A DNA stretch of 64,000 bases from Vulcanimicrobiales bacterium. GTDB taxonomy: Bacteria; Vulcanimicrobiota; Vulcanimicrobiia; Vulcanimicrobiales; Vulcanimicrobiaceae. This document shows, one piece after another, positions 29,283-39,167 of the stretch. Numbering within the stretch: the first letter of the stretch is position 1; each line of letters begins with the position of its first letter. The translations under genes were made by a program, and so were the position numbers. Below the pieces are notes generated by a model. The model was given only the letters and a program-made list of their open reading frames with translations, searched no databases and was not told where the DNA came from. The stretch lies in NCBI GenBank assembly GCA_038231455.1, contig JBBRLI010000015.1, positions 1 to 64,000 on the forward strand, written 5' to 3'.

Positions 29283-29435
29283 CTACGGTTTCGGCGGCGG
29301 CGGCGGTCGGGTGGGCGCCGTCAGCGCGGTTCCGCTCGGGAAAAGACCGTCGTACATCGTCGGTAGCGGCTTGTAGTCGGATTTGGTGAGCCGCGCGAGA
29401 CCCGCGCGGACGAGATTCGTAAGAAGTCACAGCAT
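29283..29435 (-). CDS. 50-codon ORF with in-frame TGA at codon 3 (putative small selenoprotein, or pseudogene)
   Basis: ATG CTG TGA followed by 47 sense codons with high GC3; hairpin CCGCGCG-GGTCT-CGCGCGG begins 17 nt after the TGA. Confidence 0.35.
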
Positions 29436-29461
29436 ACGCTTATGAGACGTCGAAGAGATCG

Positions 29462-29833
29462 ATGATGTCCACGTGCGTAGTCCTGGCCGGTCACGGCAGC
29501 CGGAATGCCGAGGCAAATGCCTCGCTCAAAAGCCTTGCGGGTGAACTCGAGCGCAAACTCGGCGAACGCACGTACCCGGCGTTCCTGGAAATGGCCGAGC
29601 CCTCGATCGAAACGACGATCAAAGGCTGCGTTATCTCCGGCGCCGAGCGCGTGGTTCTCGTGCCGTACTTCTTACATCCGGGAATGCACGTGCGCCGGGA
29701 TCTCGTCGAAATCATCGACGTCGCCCGCCTCGCGTATCCAGCAGTTCAGTTCGAGATCAGCGACTTTTTTGGCTCGCACCCGGGCGTTCCCGACCTCCTG
29801 GCCGATCTCGCCCAACGCGCCGTCAAAGGTTAA
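29462..29833 (+). CDS. cbiX: Sirohydrochlorin chelatase, short CbiX/SirB type
   Basis: AGHGSR, AFLEMAEPS and PYFLHPGMHVRRD. Confidence 0.85.
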   Translation: MMSTCVVLAGHGSRNAEANASLKSLAGELERKLGERTYPAFLEMAEPSIETTIKGCVISGAERVVLVPYFLHPGMHVRRDLVEIIDVARLAYPAVQFEISDFFGSHPGVPDLLADLAQRAVKG

Positions 29834-29908
29834 GAGAGCGAGGGGGAAACCCGCGCACCCGGCGTATCCAAAGCCGAATTGTCCCGACCTATCTTTGGAG
29901 GCCCTCTT

Positions 29909-31180
29909 ATGCGTTCTGCGGCTCTGCGGTCGCTCGGATCGCTCGCGCTCGTCGCGATGCTCTCCGCCTGCGGCACCTCGACTTCGACCACGACCACGTC
30001 GTCGAGCGGCACCACATCCGCCAGTTCCGCACCCGCGGCCGGCGCCACGACCGTTGCCATCGGTATCGACATGCCGCTCTCGGGCGATGACGCCTCGATT
30101 GGCGTGCCAACGAAGAACGGCGTGCTGCTTGCAATCGATGAGGCCAATAAGGCCAAAGCTCTCCCCGATGGCTTCACCCTGGTCGATAAGACGCTCGACG
30201 ACGCGGTTCAAGGAACGCACGATCCGGCCGCCGGCGCGCAAAATGTGAAGACGTTCATCAGCGATTCGAGCGTGCTCGCGATGGTCGGACCGTTCAACTC
30301 GAACGTCGCCCAGTCGGAGATCCCGCTCACCAACGACGCGGGCCTCGTGCAGATCAGCGCTTCGAACACGAATGACGGCCTGACGACCGGTGATAACGCG
30401 GCCAAGCTGCGCACCTCGCACCCCGATGTGAATACGTACTTCCGCGACTGCACCCGCGATAGCCGCCAGGGCACGGCGCTCGCCGCCTTCGCAAAGAAGC
30501 TCGGCTGGAAGAAAATCTATATCGTCGATGACAACGAGACGTACGGCAAGGGTCTTGCCGACATTTTCGATACGCAATTTAAAGCCGTCGGCGGCGCGGT
30601 GCTCGGACACGACCACCTCACAAAAGGCCAGCAAGATTTCAAGGCGCTTCTCACCAAAGCGCGCTCGTCCGCGCCGGATGCCGTGTTTTATGGCGGCAAC
30701 ACCTCGACCGGCGGCGGCTTGCTGCGCTTGCAGATGGCGGACGTTGGCATGAAGGCAACGCCGTTCATCGGTGGCGACGGCATCAGTGACCAGCAGTTCA
30801 TCACGACGGCCGGTGCGATGTCCAACGGCAGCTACTACAGTTTCGCGGCGCCCGAAGCATCGAAGCTCGCAACGGCGCAAGCGTTCATCACCGCGTACAA
30901 AGCGAAGTTTAACGAAGACGTCGGCCCGTACAGCGCCAATTCGTATGCCGCTGCGAAGATTATCATCGCCGCGATTGCCAAAGGCATCAAAGATAATGGC
31001 GGCAAGCTGCCGACGCGTGCCGACGTCTTAAAGAACGTCGCTGCGACGAAGAACTTCGATTCCCCGATCGGTAAAATCGGCTTCGATAAGAACGGCGACA
31101 CGACGGCGCCGATTTTGACGATCAAGAAGATTCAGGACAAAAAAGCCATCTTCGTCGATCAGATCATTCTCAAGAGCTAG
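29909..31180 (+). CDS. livK: Branched-chain amino acid ABC substrate-binding lipoprotein
   Basis: GGAGG RBS, lipobox LSA-C, GPFNSNVA and DDNETYGKGLAD. Confidence 0.9.
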   Translation: MRSAALRSLGSLALVAMLSACGTSTSTTTTSSSGTTSASSAPAAGATTVAIGIDMPLSGDDASIGVPTKNGVLLAIDEANKAKALPDGFTLVDKTLDDAVQGTHDPAAGAQNVKTFISDSSVLAMVGPFNSNVAQSEIPLTNDAGLVQISASNTNDGLTTGDNAAKLRTSHPDVNTYFRDCTRDSRQGTALAAFAKKLGWKKIYIVDDNETYGKGLADIFDTQFKAVGGAVLGHDHLTKGQQDFKALLTKARSSAPDAVFYGGNTSTGGGLLRLQMADVGMKATPFIGGDGISDQQFITTAGAMSNGSYYSFAAPEASKLATAQAFITAYKAKFNEDVGPYSANSYAAAKIIIAAIAKGIKDNGGKLPTRADVLKNVAATKNFDSPIGKIGFDKNGDTTAPILTIKKIQDKKAIFVDQIILKS

Positions 31181-31183
31181 ATT

Positions 31184-32098
31184 TTGGACGTCTTCCTCCA
31201 ACAGATCGTAAACGGGATCTCGCTCGGCGGGATCTACGCGCTCATTGCGCTTGGCTACACGATGGTCTACGGCATCATCGAGCTGATCAATTTCGCACAC
31301 GGCGACGTGTACGCGCTGGGAAGCTTCGTTTCGCTCGCGGTGCTCGCACTGCTCGGCGTGCAAGATGAAGTGCACGGAGCAGCGCTGATCGGCGTCATCG
31401 TCCTTACCCTTGCGGGATCGATGCTCGCGTGCGGCCTTGTCGGCGTTCTCATCGAACGCTTAGCCTATCGCCGCCTCCGCAATGCGCCGCGTCTCGCGCC
31501 GCTGATCACGGCGATCGGTATGTCGTTCATCTTGCAGAACGTGATGCAGCTCTGGAAAGGGCCCTCGCCGGTTCCGGTGCCGCAGTTCATTCCAAACCCG
31601 ACCCTTTTCCATTCGGGAGCCGTCGAGATCCAGCTCAAACAAGTGCTGGTCGTCGTACTCGCTGTGGTCATGATGATCGCGCTACAAGCCTTCGTCACGA
31701 GAACGCGTGTGGGGAAAGCGATGCGCGCGACGGCGCAAGATCGCGATGCAGCCCAACTCATGGGCATCAACATCAACACGACGATCGCTCTGACGTTCCT
31801 CATCGGGAGCGCCCTTGCGGGGACGGCTGGTTTCGTCTCGGGCGTTTACTACGGAACCGCCGTATTCAACGCGGGCTTCGCCGCGGGCCTCAAGGCGTTT
31901 ACCGCAGCCGTGCTCGGCGGAATCGGCAACATCGCGGGCGCGATGCTCGGCGGTTTTCTCATCGGCTTGATCGAGGCGCTCACTACGCAATTCATCAGCG
32001 ACCAGTGGGCGAACGTCGTCGTGTTTTCCGTCCTCGTTGCGGTCTTGATCTTCCGTCCCTCCGGACTCCTCGGCGAGTCGCTGCCGAATAAAGTTTGA
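31184..32098 (+). CDS. livH: Branched-chain amino acid ABC permease
   Basis: YALIALGYTMVYGIIELINFAHG and GLKAFTAAVLGGIG. Confidence 0.94.
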   Translation: MDVFLQQIVNGISLGGIYALIALGYTMVYGIIELINFAHGDVYALGSFVSLAVLALLGVQDEVHGAALIGVIVLTLAGSMLACGLVGVLIERLAYRRLRNAPRLAPLITAIGMSFILQNVMQLWKGPSPVPVPQFIPNPTLFHSGAVEIQLKQVLVVVLAVVMMIALQAFVTRTRVGKAMRATAQDRDAAQLMGININTTIALTFLIGSALAGTAGFVSGVYYGTAVFNAGFAAGLKAFTAAVLGGIGNIAGAMLGGFLIGLIEALTTQFISDQWANVVVFSVLVAVLIFRPSGLLGESLPNKV

Positions 32099-33171
32099 TG
32101 GCTCGCTTGAACCTTCGGGAGTATCTGAAAGGCCCGCGCGGCGGCGCGCTCGTGATGGCCGCGTGTTTGGTGATTCCGTTCATCGATCGCAACGGGTCGC
32201 ACATCAACTTTCTCGTCGATGCGGGCGCATTCGTACTGCTCGCTCTCGGCCTCAATATCGTGATCGGTTTTGCCGGACTGCTCGACCTTGGTTACGCCGC
32301 GTTCTTTGCAATCGGCTCGTACGCGTTTGCGATGCTGTCCTCGCCGCAGTTTGGGATTCACATCCCGATTTGGCTGATGTTCTTCATTGCATCGGGGATC
32401 GCGGGAATCTTCGGAATTCTGCTTGGCGCACCGACCTTGCGGTTGCGCGGTGACTATCTTGCGATCGTGACGCTCGGCTTCGGCGAAATCGTGCCGCAAA
32501 CGTTTCTCAATCTTTCGCAATACACCAACGGCCCGAACGGTATCAGTTCGCTCGATCAGCCGGTGTTCTTCGGTTTTCGGTTCGGCTTCAATCCGGTGCC
32601 GTACTACTATCTTATGCTCGTGTTGATCGTGCTCGCGATTTTAGTCGCGCGCAACCTGCGCGATAGCCGTCTCGGTCGCGCGTGGATGGCGATCCGCGAA
32701 GACGAACTCGCCGCCGCCCACATGGGCATCAACACGACCGCCGCCAAACTTTCCGCCTTTGCGCTCGGCGCTTCGTTCAGCGGACTTGCGGGCGTGGCAT
32801 ACGCCTCGAAGCTGGGCCTCGTGTCGCCGGATCAGTTCAAGTTCAACGTCAGCGTGTTCATCTTATCGATGCTCGTGCTCGGCGGTATGGGCAATATCAC
32901 CGGCGTCGTTGTTGGGAGCCTTGTCCTCAGTTCGCTCGACCGCTTCATCTTGCCGCAACTGACGTCGTTCTTCCACGACGTTTTGCACCTCAACATCGAC
33001 TTTACGAACTCGCGCTTTCTCATTTACGGCGTGATCATCGTGCTCGTGATGCTGTTCCGACCCGAAGGCCTGATCCCAAGCCGCCAGCGCAAAGCCGAGC
33101 TGCACGCGGGTGATTCGGACGCCTCTGCGGCGGCAGCCGAGCAGCAGCTCTACAATAAGGCGGGCGTCTAG
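32098..33171 (+). CDS. livM: Branched-chain amino acid ABC permease
   Basis: GLLDLGYAAF, LRLRGDYLAIVTLGFGEI and AIREDE. Confidence 0.94.
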   Translation: MARLNLREYLKGPRGGALVMAACLVIPFIDRNGSHINFLVDAGAFVLLALGLNIVIGFAGLLDLGYAAFFAIGSYAFAMLSSPQFGIHIPIWLMFFIASGIAGIFGILLGAPTLRLRGDYLAIVTLGFGEIVPQTFLNLSQYTNGPNGISSLDQPVFFGFRFGFNPVPYYYLMLVLIVLAILVARNLRDSRLGRAWMAIREDELAAAHMGINTTAAKLSAFALGASFSGLAGVAYASKLGLVSPDQFKFNVSVFILSMLVLGGMGNITGVVVGSLVLSSLDRFILPQLTSFFHDVLHLNIDFTNSRFLIYGVIIVLVMLFRPEGLIPSRQRKAELHAGDSDASAAAAEQQLYNKAGV

Positions 33172-33935
33172 TGGCATTTTTAGAGATGCGCGGCGTAACA
33201 CAACGCTTTGGCGGACTCGTCGCCGTGAACAACCTCTCGTTTTCCGTTGAAAAAGGCGCGATCGTCGCGATGATCGGGCCGAATGGCGCTGGCAAGTCGA
33301 CGGTGTTCAATCTCACGACCGGCATCTACAAACCGACCGAAGGTCAGATATTTTTCGACGGTAAGCCGATTAATGGACTGGCAACGGACGCGATCACCAA
33401 ACGCGGGATTGCACGCACCTTCCAGAATATTCGCCTCTTCGCGTTTATGTCGTCGATCGATAACGTAATGACGGGCGAGCACACGCGCATGAAAGCCTCG
33501 ATGCTTGACTCGCTTTTGCACACACCGCGTCAGCGCAAAGAAGAGAAGCGGGTCAAAGAGCGCGCCATGGAACTCTTACGGTTCTGTAACCTCGAACGCG
33601 AAGCAGAAAATTACGCGCGTAACCTTTCGTACGGTTCCCAGCGCCGCCTCGAAATCGCTCGTGCGCTTGCAAGCGACCCGCAACTGCTCTTACTCGATGA
33701 ACCGGCTGCCGGCATGAACCCGAAAGAAAAAGAAGATCTGATCGTGCTCATCCGCGCGATCCGCGACTCGGGCATCACGGTTTTCTTGATCGAACACGAT
33801 ATGCATCTCGTCATGCAGATCAGCGAGCGCATCACGGTACTCGACCACGGCGAAAAGATCGCCGAAGGTCTGCCAGCGGACGTTCGCAATAATCCGCAAG
33901 TTATCGAAGCGTATCTTGGAGCCCCGACCGCATAA
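33171..33935 (+). CDS. livG: Branched-chain amino acid ABC ATPase
   Basis: GPNGAGKS, RTFQNIRLF, LSYGSQRR and LDEPAAGMN. Confidence 0.95.
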   Translation: MAFLEMRGVTQRFGGLVAVNNLSFSVEKGAIVAMIGPNGAGKSTVFNLTTGIYKPTEGQIFFDGKPINGLATDAITKRGIARTFQNIRLFAFMSSIDNVMTGEHTRMKASMLDSLLHTPRQRKEEKRVKERAMELLRFCNLEREAENYARNLSYGSQRRLEIARALASDPQLLLLDEPAAGMNPKEKEDLIVLIRAIRDSGITVFLIEHDMHLVMQISERITVLDHGEKIAEGLPADVRNNPQVIEAYLGAPTA

Positions 33936-34651
33936 TGGCTTTCCTCGAAGTCGAGAACATCGACGCGCGCTACGGCCGCATCAACGCGCTCACCGGCGTG
34001 AGCCTCCACGTCGATGAGGGCGAGATCGTCACGCTCATCGGCGCGAACGGCGCCGGAAAGACGACCACCCTGCGTTCGATCAGCGGCCTTGTGAAGATTG
34101 CCGGCGGTGCGATTCGTTTTCAAGGCAAAGACCTTGCAAAGAACACGCCCGACCAGATCGTTCGGCTCGGCGTCGGTCACTCACCCGAAGGTCGGCGGGT
34201 GTTTCCGCGTATGACCGTGCGTGAGAACCTCGAGCTTGGCGCATACACGCGCACGTCGAAAAAAGAAATCGCTGAGGACATCGAGCAAGTCCTCACGACG
34301 TTCCCGCGCCTCAAAGAACGGTACGAGCAAAAGGCCGGTACCATGTCGGGTGGCGAGCAGCAGATGCTCGCGATGGGGCGCGCACTGATGTCGCGCCCGA
34401 GAGTACTTTTGCTCGATGAGCCCTCACTCGGGCTCTCGCCGCTGCTCGTGCAGACGATCTTCGGCGTCATCAAAGACATTAACAAGCGCGGGACGACCGT
34501 TTTGCTGATCGAGCAAAACGCGCGCCAAGCACTCGCGATCGCATCGCGCGGCTACGTGCTCGAAGTGGGCAAAATCGCTTTCGAGGGGCCAAGTGCCGAA
34601 TTGATGTCCAGCGAAGCTGTGCAGGCCGCCTACCTCGGCGGAGCCGCGTAG
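33935..34651 (+). CDS. livF: Branched-chain amino acid ABC ATPase
   Basis: GANGAGKT, PEGRRVF, MSGGEQQM and LDEPSLGL. Confidence 0.95.
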   Translation: MAFLEVENIDARYGRINALTGVSLHVDEGEIVTLIGANGAGKTTTLRSISGLVKIAGGAIRFQGKDLAKNTPDQIVRLGVGHSPEGRRVFPRMTVRENLELGAYTRTSKKEIAEDIEQVLTTFPRLKERYEQKAGTMSGGEQQMLAMGRALMSRPRVLLLDEPSLGLSPLLVQTIFGVIKDINKRGTTVLLIEQNARQALAIASRGYVLEVGKIAFEGPSAELMSSEAVQAAYLGGAA

Positions 34652-34662
34652 CTAGCAAGACG

Positions 34663-35193
34663 ATGTCGCTTGCATGTTGCCCGCGCGAAACCGATCGCGG
34701 CGCATGCTTTAGCGAGAACCGAAAGTATCGCTACGGACTTTGGCGGCGCTGGAAGACGAGCGGCCCGTGGGTCACGTTTCTGATGCTCAATCCGAGTCTT
34801 GCGGATGTCGATCACTCCGATCCGACGGTGAAGCGCTGCGAGATGTTCTCGCAGACATGGGGATTTGCGGGTATCGAAGTCGTCAACGTGTTCGGCTTAA
34901 TCAGCCCCTATCCAGAAGATCTGCACGGCCGTCGGAATCCGATCGAACACGCCGAAGGTGCCAACGACGAGCACATTCGTCACGCCGCCGAGCGTTCGGC
35001 ATTCGTCGTCGCAGCATGGGGTACGAACGTCGAACACCCAAAACTGCGTAAGCGAATGCAGCGGATCGTTGTGCTCCTCGCGGACTTCGACGTGAGAGCC
35101 TTACGGGTTACGAAAAACGGCCATCCAAGTCATCCGCTCTACTTACCCTCCACGCTCATCGCACAGCGATACCCGATCGAAATCAAAATGTAA
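34663..35193 (+). CDS. DUF1643 domain protein
   Basis: YRYGLWRRW, MLNPSLAD..DPT, VAAWG and GHPSHPLY. Confidence 0.88.
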   Translation: MSLACCPRETDRGACFSENRKYRYGLWRRWKTSGPWVTFLMLNPSLADVDHSDPTVKRCEMFSQTWGFAGIEVVNVFGLISPYPEDLHGRRNPIEHAEGANDEHIRHAAERSAFVVAAWGTNVEHPKLRKRMQRIVVLLADFDVRALRVTKNGHPSHPLYLPSTLIAQRYPIEIKM

Positions 35194-35262
35194 TCAGTTA
35201 CGATGGAGACCGGCTCCGCGCGTTTGGAGGTGGACGTGCCGCAAGAGGGTAACCGCGCTGGC

Positions 35263-35970
35263 ATGCTGCGTACACGTTTTATTGGCGGAATACTGGGTGT
35301 TCTTGCCATCCCCGCACGCGTTTCCGCCGCCGGCGACGACGGACTTGGTCAACGTATCCAGGCGATCATCGATGATTACGCTCGTCGCGCGTACGCCGCC
35401 GGTTTGCCGATTACTATTGAGAAGCCGACACTCGTGCTGCAAGCAACCCCGCAGATTGCGTCTTACCAAGGCAAGACGAACACGGTCGTTTTGGCCGATT
35501 ACGCTGGCTTGCCACCTGAAATAAAGATGGTTTTTGCGCAATGGGCGGCCGCTGCGCGCAACGGCTGGGATGGCGAACGGCTCGTCGATGAAGCGTTCCA
35601 TTGGTTTTTTGTTGCGCACGAGTTGACACATTGGGTGCAGATTAAGACGCCGGTCCAGGTGCCGGGAGACATCTACGAGTTCGAATTTCAAGCAAACCGG
35701 AGTGCCGTCGGCTATTGGCGTAGCACTCCGGGCGGGAGTGCGCGGCTCGATGCACTCGTGAAAGCGTTCGTCGCGATTCGAGCGACCCTGCCAAATCCGG
35801 TTCCTGAAGGCGACACGGCGCAGCACTATTTTAACGAGAACTACCGCTCGCTGGGCGTGCAGCCCGCAGCTTACGGTTGGTATTAGCTGGGCATGGTGAT
35901 CGAAGCAGCAAAATCCGCAGCAACGTTTGAAGACGTCCTGCGGAAAGTGGTACCGGCGCCTACGCGCTGA
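35263..35970 (+). pseudogene. Secreted HExxH metallopeptidase-like protein interrupted by an in-frame TAG at 35884
   Basis: Signal peptide and AHELTH...EFQAN; the frame continues 27 codons past the TAG (YGWY*LGMVIEAAK...) to TGA 35968-35970. Confidence 0.55.
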
Positions 35971-35983
35971 GAGAGACTGCGCG

Positions 35984-37159
35984 TTACGCGCGCGTTGCGG
36001 ATCGATTCCAAGCAAGATGCGCTGAGCCGTAGACCGGCGTTCCGCCAATGATCGTCGCGAGTACCTGGTAATCGTCGCTCCAAACCGAGATGTCAGCACG
36101 TTTCCCCGGTGCGATCGTGCCGAGGTCGCGGTCGAGGCCGAGTAGGACTGCCGGTGAGTTCGATGCGTTGACGACCGCACGTTCGAATGGGATCGAGGCG
36201 TACGACATGAGGTTGCGCACGGCTTGATCGATGTGGAGTGCGCTGCCGGCGATCGTCCCGTCTTCACTGCGTACGACACCGCCTTCGATGCGATAGCCGC
36301 TGCCTGCGGGCGGCATATTGTCCGTTGTCAGCACGAGGCGATCGCCGAGCGTTCGATAGAGTAAGTCGACCATCGGCGGTGAGACGTGGTAGCCGTCGCA
36401 AATCAGCTGCGTGGTCGTACGCGCTTCTTGCATGAACGCGAGGAGAATCGAGGGGTCGCGGTGATCGAGCGGCGGCATTGCGTTGAACGCGTGCGTGAGC
36501 GTGCGAAAACCCAGGCCAATGGCAAGCATCCCTTCGCGGTAGTGCGCGGCGGTGTGACCGGCCGAGTTCACGATGCCCTGATCGAAAAACATGCGCGCGA
36601 TTTCTTCGACGCCCGGTGCTTCGGGCGCCATCGTCACCATAACGAGTGCGCCAGCGCAGGCTTCGATCATCTCTTGCGCTTTGTCCATCGTCGCGGGGAC
36701 GATCCACTCGCCGCGATGCACGCGTTTGAATTTCGGATTGAGGAAGGGGCCTTCAAAATGAATACCGAGGCACCGCGAGCCGATGCGATCGCCCGACTCT
36801 TCGAGCCGATGTGCGGCTTCCGCGACTTCGCTTGCCGCGTGCATCATTGATTCCCACGGTGCGGTCATGATGCCGGCAACAAATCCGGCAGCACCCATGC
36901 GCGCATACGCACGTGAGGCGACTTCAACCGCGTTGCCTTGATCGCGATTGAAGAGATATTCATCCGCGCCGTTCGTGTGAACGTCGATCAGTCCCGGGGC
37001 GATGATCGCGCCATCGGGGAGTGTGACGTCGCTCGGACCCTCCTCCGGGAGAATCGATGCGATTTTTCCGCGGTCGATAGCCAGTCGCCCATAAGCGATG
37101 GTACCATCGCCGAATGCGATGCGCGCGGGACCGAGGATAAAGGTGTCAGACACGTGCAT
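35984..37159 (-). CDS. nagA: N-acetylglucosamine-6-phosphate deacetylase
   Basis: PGLIDVHTNG, GIHFEGPF, SAGHT, THAFNAM, TTD and GTIAGS. Confidence 0.9.
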   Translation of the reverse strand: MHVSDTFILGPARIAFGDGTIAYGRLAIDRGKIASILPEEGPSDVTLPDGAIIAPGLIDVHTNGADEYLFNRDQGNAVEVASRAYARMGAAGFVAGIMTAPWESMMHAASEVAEAAHRLEESGDRIGSRCLGIHFEGPFLNPKFKRVHRGEWIVPATMDKAQEMIEACAGALVMVTMAPEAPGVEEIARMFFDQGIVNSAGHTAAHYREGMLAIGLGFRTLTHAFNAMPPLDHRDPSILLAFMQEARTTTQLICDGYHVSPPMVDLLYRTLGDRLVLTTDNMPPAGSGYRIEGGVVRSEDGTIAGSALHIDQAVRNLMSYASIPFERAVVNASNSPAVLLGLDRDLGTIAPGKRADISVWSDDYQVLATIIGGTPVYGSAHLAWNRSATRA

Positions 37160-39167
37160 CAGATTTCGCGGGATCGCTCACGGCAACCTCGACCAAGTTC
37201 GTATGAAATGTCGCACCTCCACCAAAATCACTTAACCGACTGGACGTTGTTGCGTTGGCGTTTGAACCGCCCGGCGAGAATTGTTTCCACCACACGGAAA
37301 GATGAATCACCGTCCCTCGTGGAGCGGCATCGGTGATCTCCGCTTTAACCTGAAAACGTCCCCGGTCGTTGTACACATCAACGGCGTCCCCAGCACGAAT
37401 TCCTCGCTCAGCAGCATCGAGCGGGTGGATTCGCACGCTTGGGTCGGCGCGGTCGAGTAAGCGCGGATTGCTACCGAAATTCGAGTTGAGAAACACGTGG
37501 TGCGAAGGGCTCAGCAGCGTGAGCGGATAGCGTGCGTGCAGCTCGGGAGAGCCTGCGCGCGATTCCGCGAGCGGCGTATGTTGGGGCACCGGGTCGACGC
37601 CCATCCGCGCGAGCGTGTCGGCGCGCAGTGCGATCGGTCGCGTGCGCGTTTTGCGCGGTACAGCAACGCTGCCTTTGGCTTCCAATTCCGCCATAAGTTG
37701 CGGTCCAAAGGCTGTCCGTGCGAGCGTCGCGACATCATCATCGAAGCACGGGTCATCGAATCCCATCCGTTTTGCGAGCCCGGAAAAGAGCGCAACGTTC
37801 GAGCGCGATTCGCCTTTTGGCGCAACCGCTGCGTGCGCGTGCTGGACGCTCGTGTGCCAGTACGATGTGTAGACGTCTTCGGTCTCCAGAAACGTCGGCG
37901 CGGGGAGTACGATGTCGGCGTACTGCGCGGTGTCGGTAAAATAAATATCATGGACCACCGTGAAGAGATCGCTGCGCTCGAGACCGCGTGCGACGGCATT
38001 TCCATCGGGCGTGACCGTCGCGGGATTCGCATTGTACACGAAGAGCGCTTCGATTTTGGGTTCATCGAGTTCGAGCAAGGCCGAACCAAGTTCGATCATG
38101 TTCACGACACGCGTCGGACGCGGTGCAAGATCGGGACGCTCGAGGCGATACGCATCGTGCTTCGTCCAGCCGGAGTTGGAGAGCAGAAATCCACCAGCCG
38201 GATCGCGCCACGCGCCGGTGACTGCGGGGAGGCAAGCAATCGCGCGAACCATCGCACCGCCATTGCTGTGCCGCTGCATCCCGTAGCCGGCCCGGATGAA
38301 GCTGGGCCGTGTTTGTGCGTACTCACGCGCGAACGCGACGATGACATCGGCATCGAGCCCGGTTACCGCCGAAGCGCGCTCGGGCGGCCACTCGCTCGCG
38401 CGCGATTCCAATTCTTCCGCTCCGATCGTCTCGTGCTTGAGGAAGTCGCGATCCGCTAATCCCTCGGCGAAGATGACGTGCATCATTCCAAGCGCGAGTG
38501 CCGCGTCCGTTCCCGGTTCGATCTGAAGGTGCCAGTCGGCAGATTCCGCAGTGCGATTGCGATGCGGATCGACGACGATAAAGCGCGCGCCGCGCTTGCG
38601 CGCTTCTTGTACGAGCGCGAATTGGTGAATGTTGGTCGAGCGCAGGTTCGCGCCCCAGGCAACGATCAATCGCGCGTTCACGCTCTCGGCGGGATCGGTC
38701 CCCACATCGTTCCCGAAGGTGTGCACGAGGGCCGTCGTTGCGGCAGCAGCACAGATCGTCCGACCCAGGCGCGTAGAGCCCAAGCGATGGAAGAAGCGGC
38801 GGTCCATCGAGCCGCTCTGCACGATGCCGAGCGTCCCGGAGAACGAGTACGGCAAGATCGCCTCACCGCCGCTCGTTGCGAGAATCTGGTGGTAACGCTG
38901 CGCGATCTCGTCGAGCGCTTCATCCCAGCCGATGCGTTCGAACCGCCCGCTGCCTTTGGGGCCGACCCGCCGTTGCGGGTAGAGCACGCGGTTCGCGCTT
39001 ACGATATGTTCGGGATAGCGCCGGACTTTCTCGCAGATAAAGCCCCGCGTTACCGGATGATCCGGATCGCCGTCGACGCGTACGACCGTCTCATCGTCGT
39101 CCACATCCACGACGAGCGCACAGGTGTCCGGGCAGTTGTGCGGGCAGACCGAACGAACGCGTCTCAC
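37146..39167 (-). CDS. Cytoplasmic molybdopterin oxidoreductase (bis-MGD family, uncharacterised substrate)
   Basis: CPHNCPDTC...C [4Fe-4S] motif, RTICAAA, PGTDAALAL, TDTAQYADIVLPA and C-terminal MGD-binding domain; no Tat signal. Confidence 0.92.
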   Translation of the reverse strand: MRRVRSVCPHNCPDTCALVVDVDDDETVVRVDGDPDHPVTRGFICEKVRRYPEHIVSANRVLYPQRRVGPKGSGRFERIGWDEALDEIAQRYHQILATSGGEAILPYSFSGTLGIVQSGSMDRRFFHRLGSTRLGRTICAAAATTALVHTFGNDVGTDPAESVNARLIVAWGANLRSTNIHQFALVQEARKRGARFIVVDPHRNRTAESADWHLQIEPGTDAALALGMMHVIFAEGLADRDFLKHETIGAEELESRASEWPPERASAVTGLDADVIVAFAREYAQTRPSFIRAGYGMQRHSNGGAMVRAIACLPAVTGAWRDPAGGFLLSNSGWTKHDAYRLERPDLAPRPTRVVNMIELGSALLELDEPKIEALFVYNANPATVTPDGNAVARGLERSDLFTVVHDIYFTDTAQYADIVLPAPTFLETEDVYTSYWHTSVQHAHAAVAPKGESRSNVALFSGLAKRMGFDDPCFDDDVATLARTAFGPQLMAELEAKGSVAVPRKTRTRPIALRADTLARMGVDPVPQHTPLAESRAGSPELHARYPLTLLSPSHHVFLNSNFGSNPRLLDRADPSVRIHPLDAAERGIRAGDAVDVYNDRGRFQVKAEITDAAPRGTVIHLSVWWKQFSPGGSNANATTSSRLSDFGGGATFHTNLVEVAVSDPAKSDARV

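Noticed and set aside
29239-29430. 63-aa minus-strand ORF in the track (MTSYESRPR...)
   Set aside because: It overlaps the metH 3' end and has weaker codon bias than the adjacent UGA-containing frame, which fits the gap
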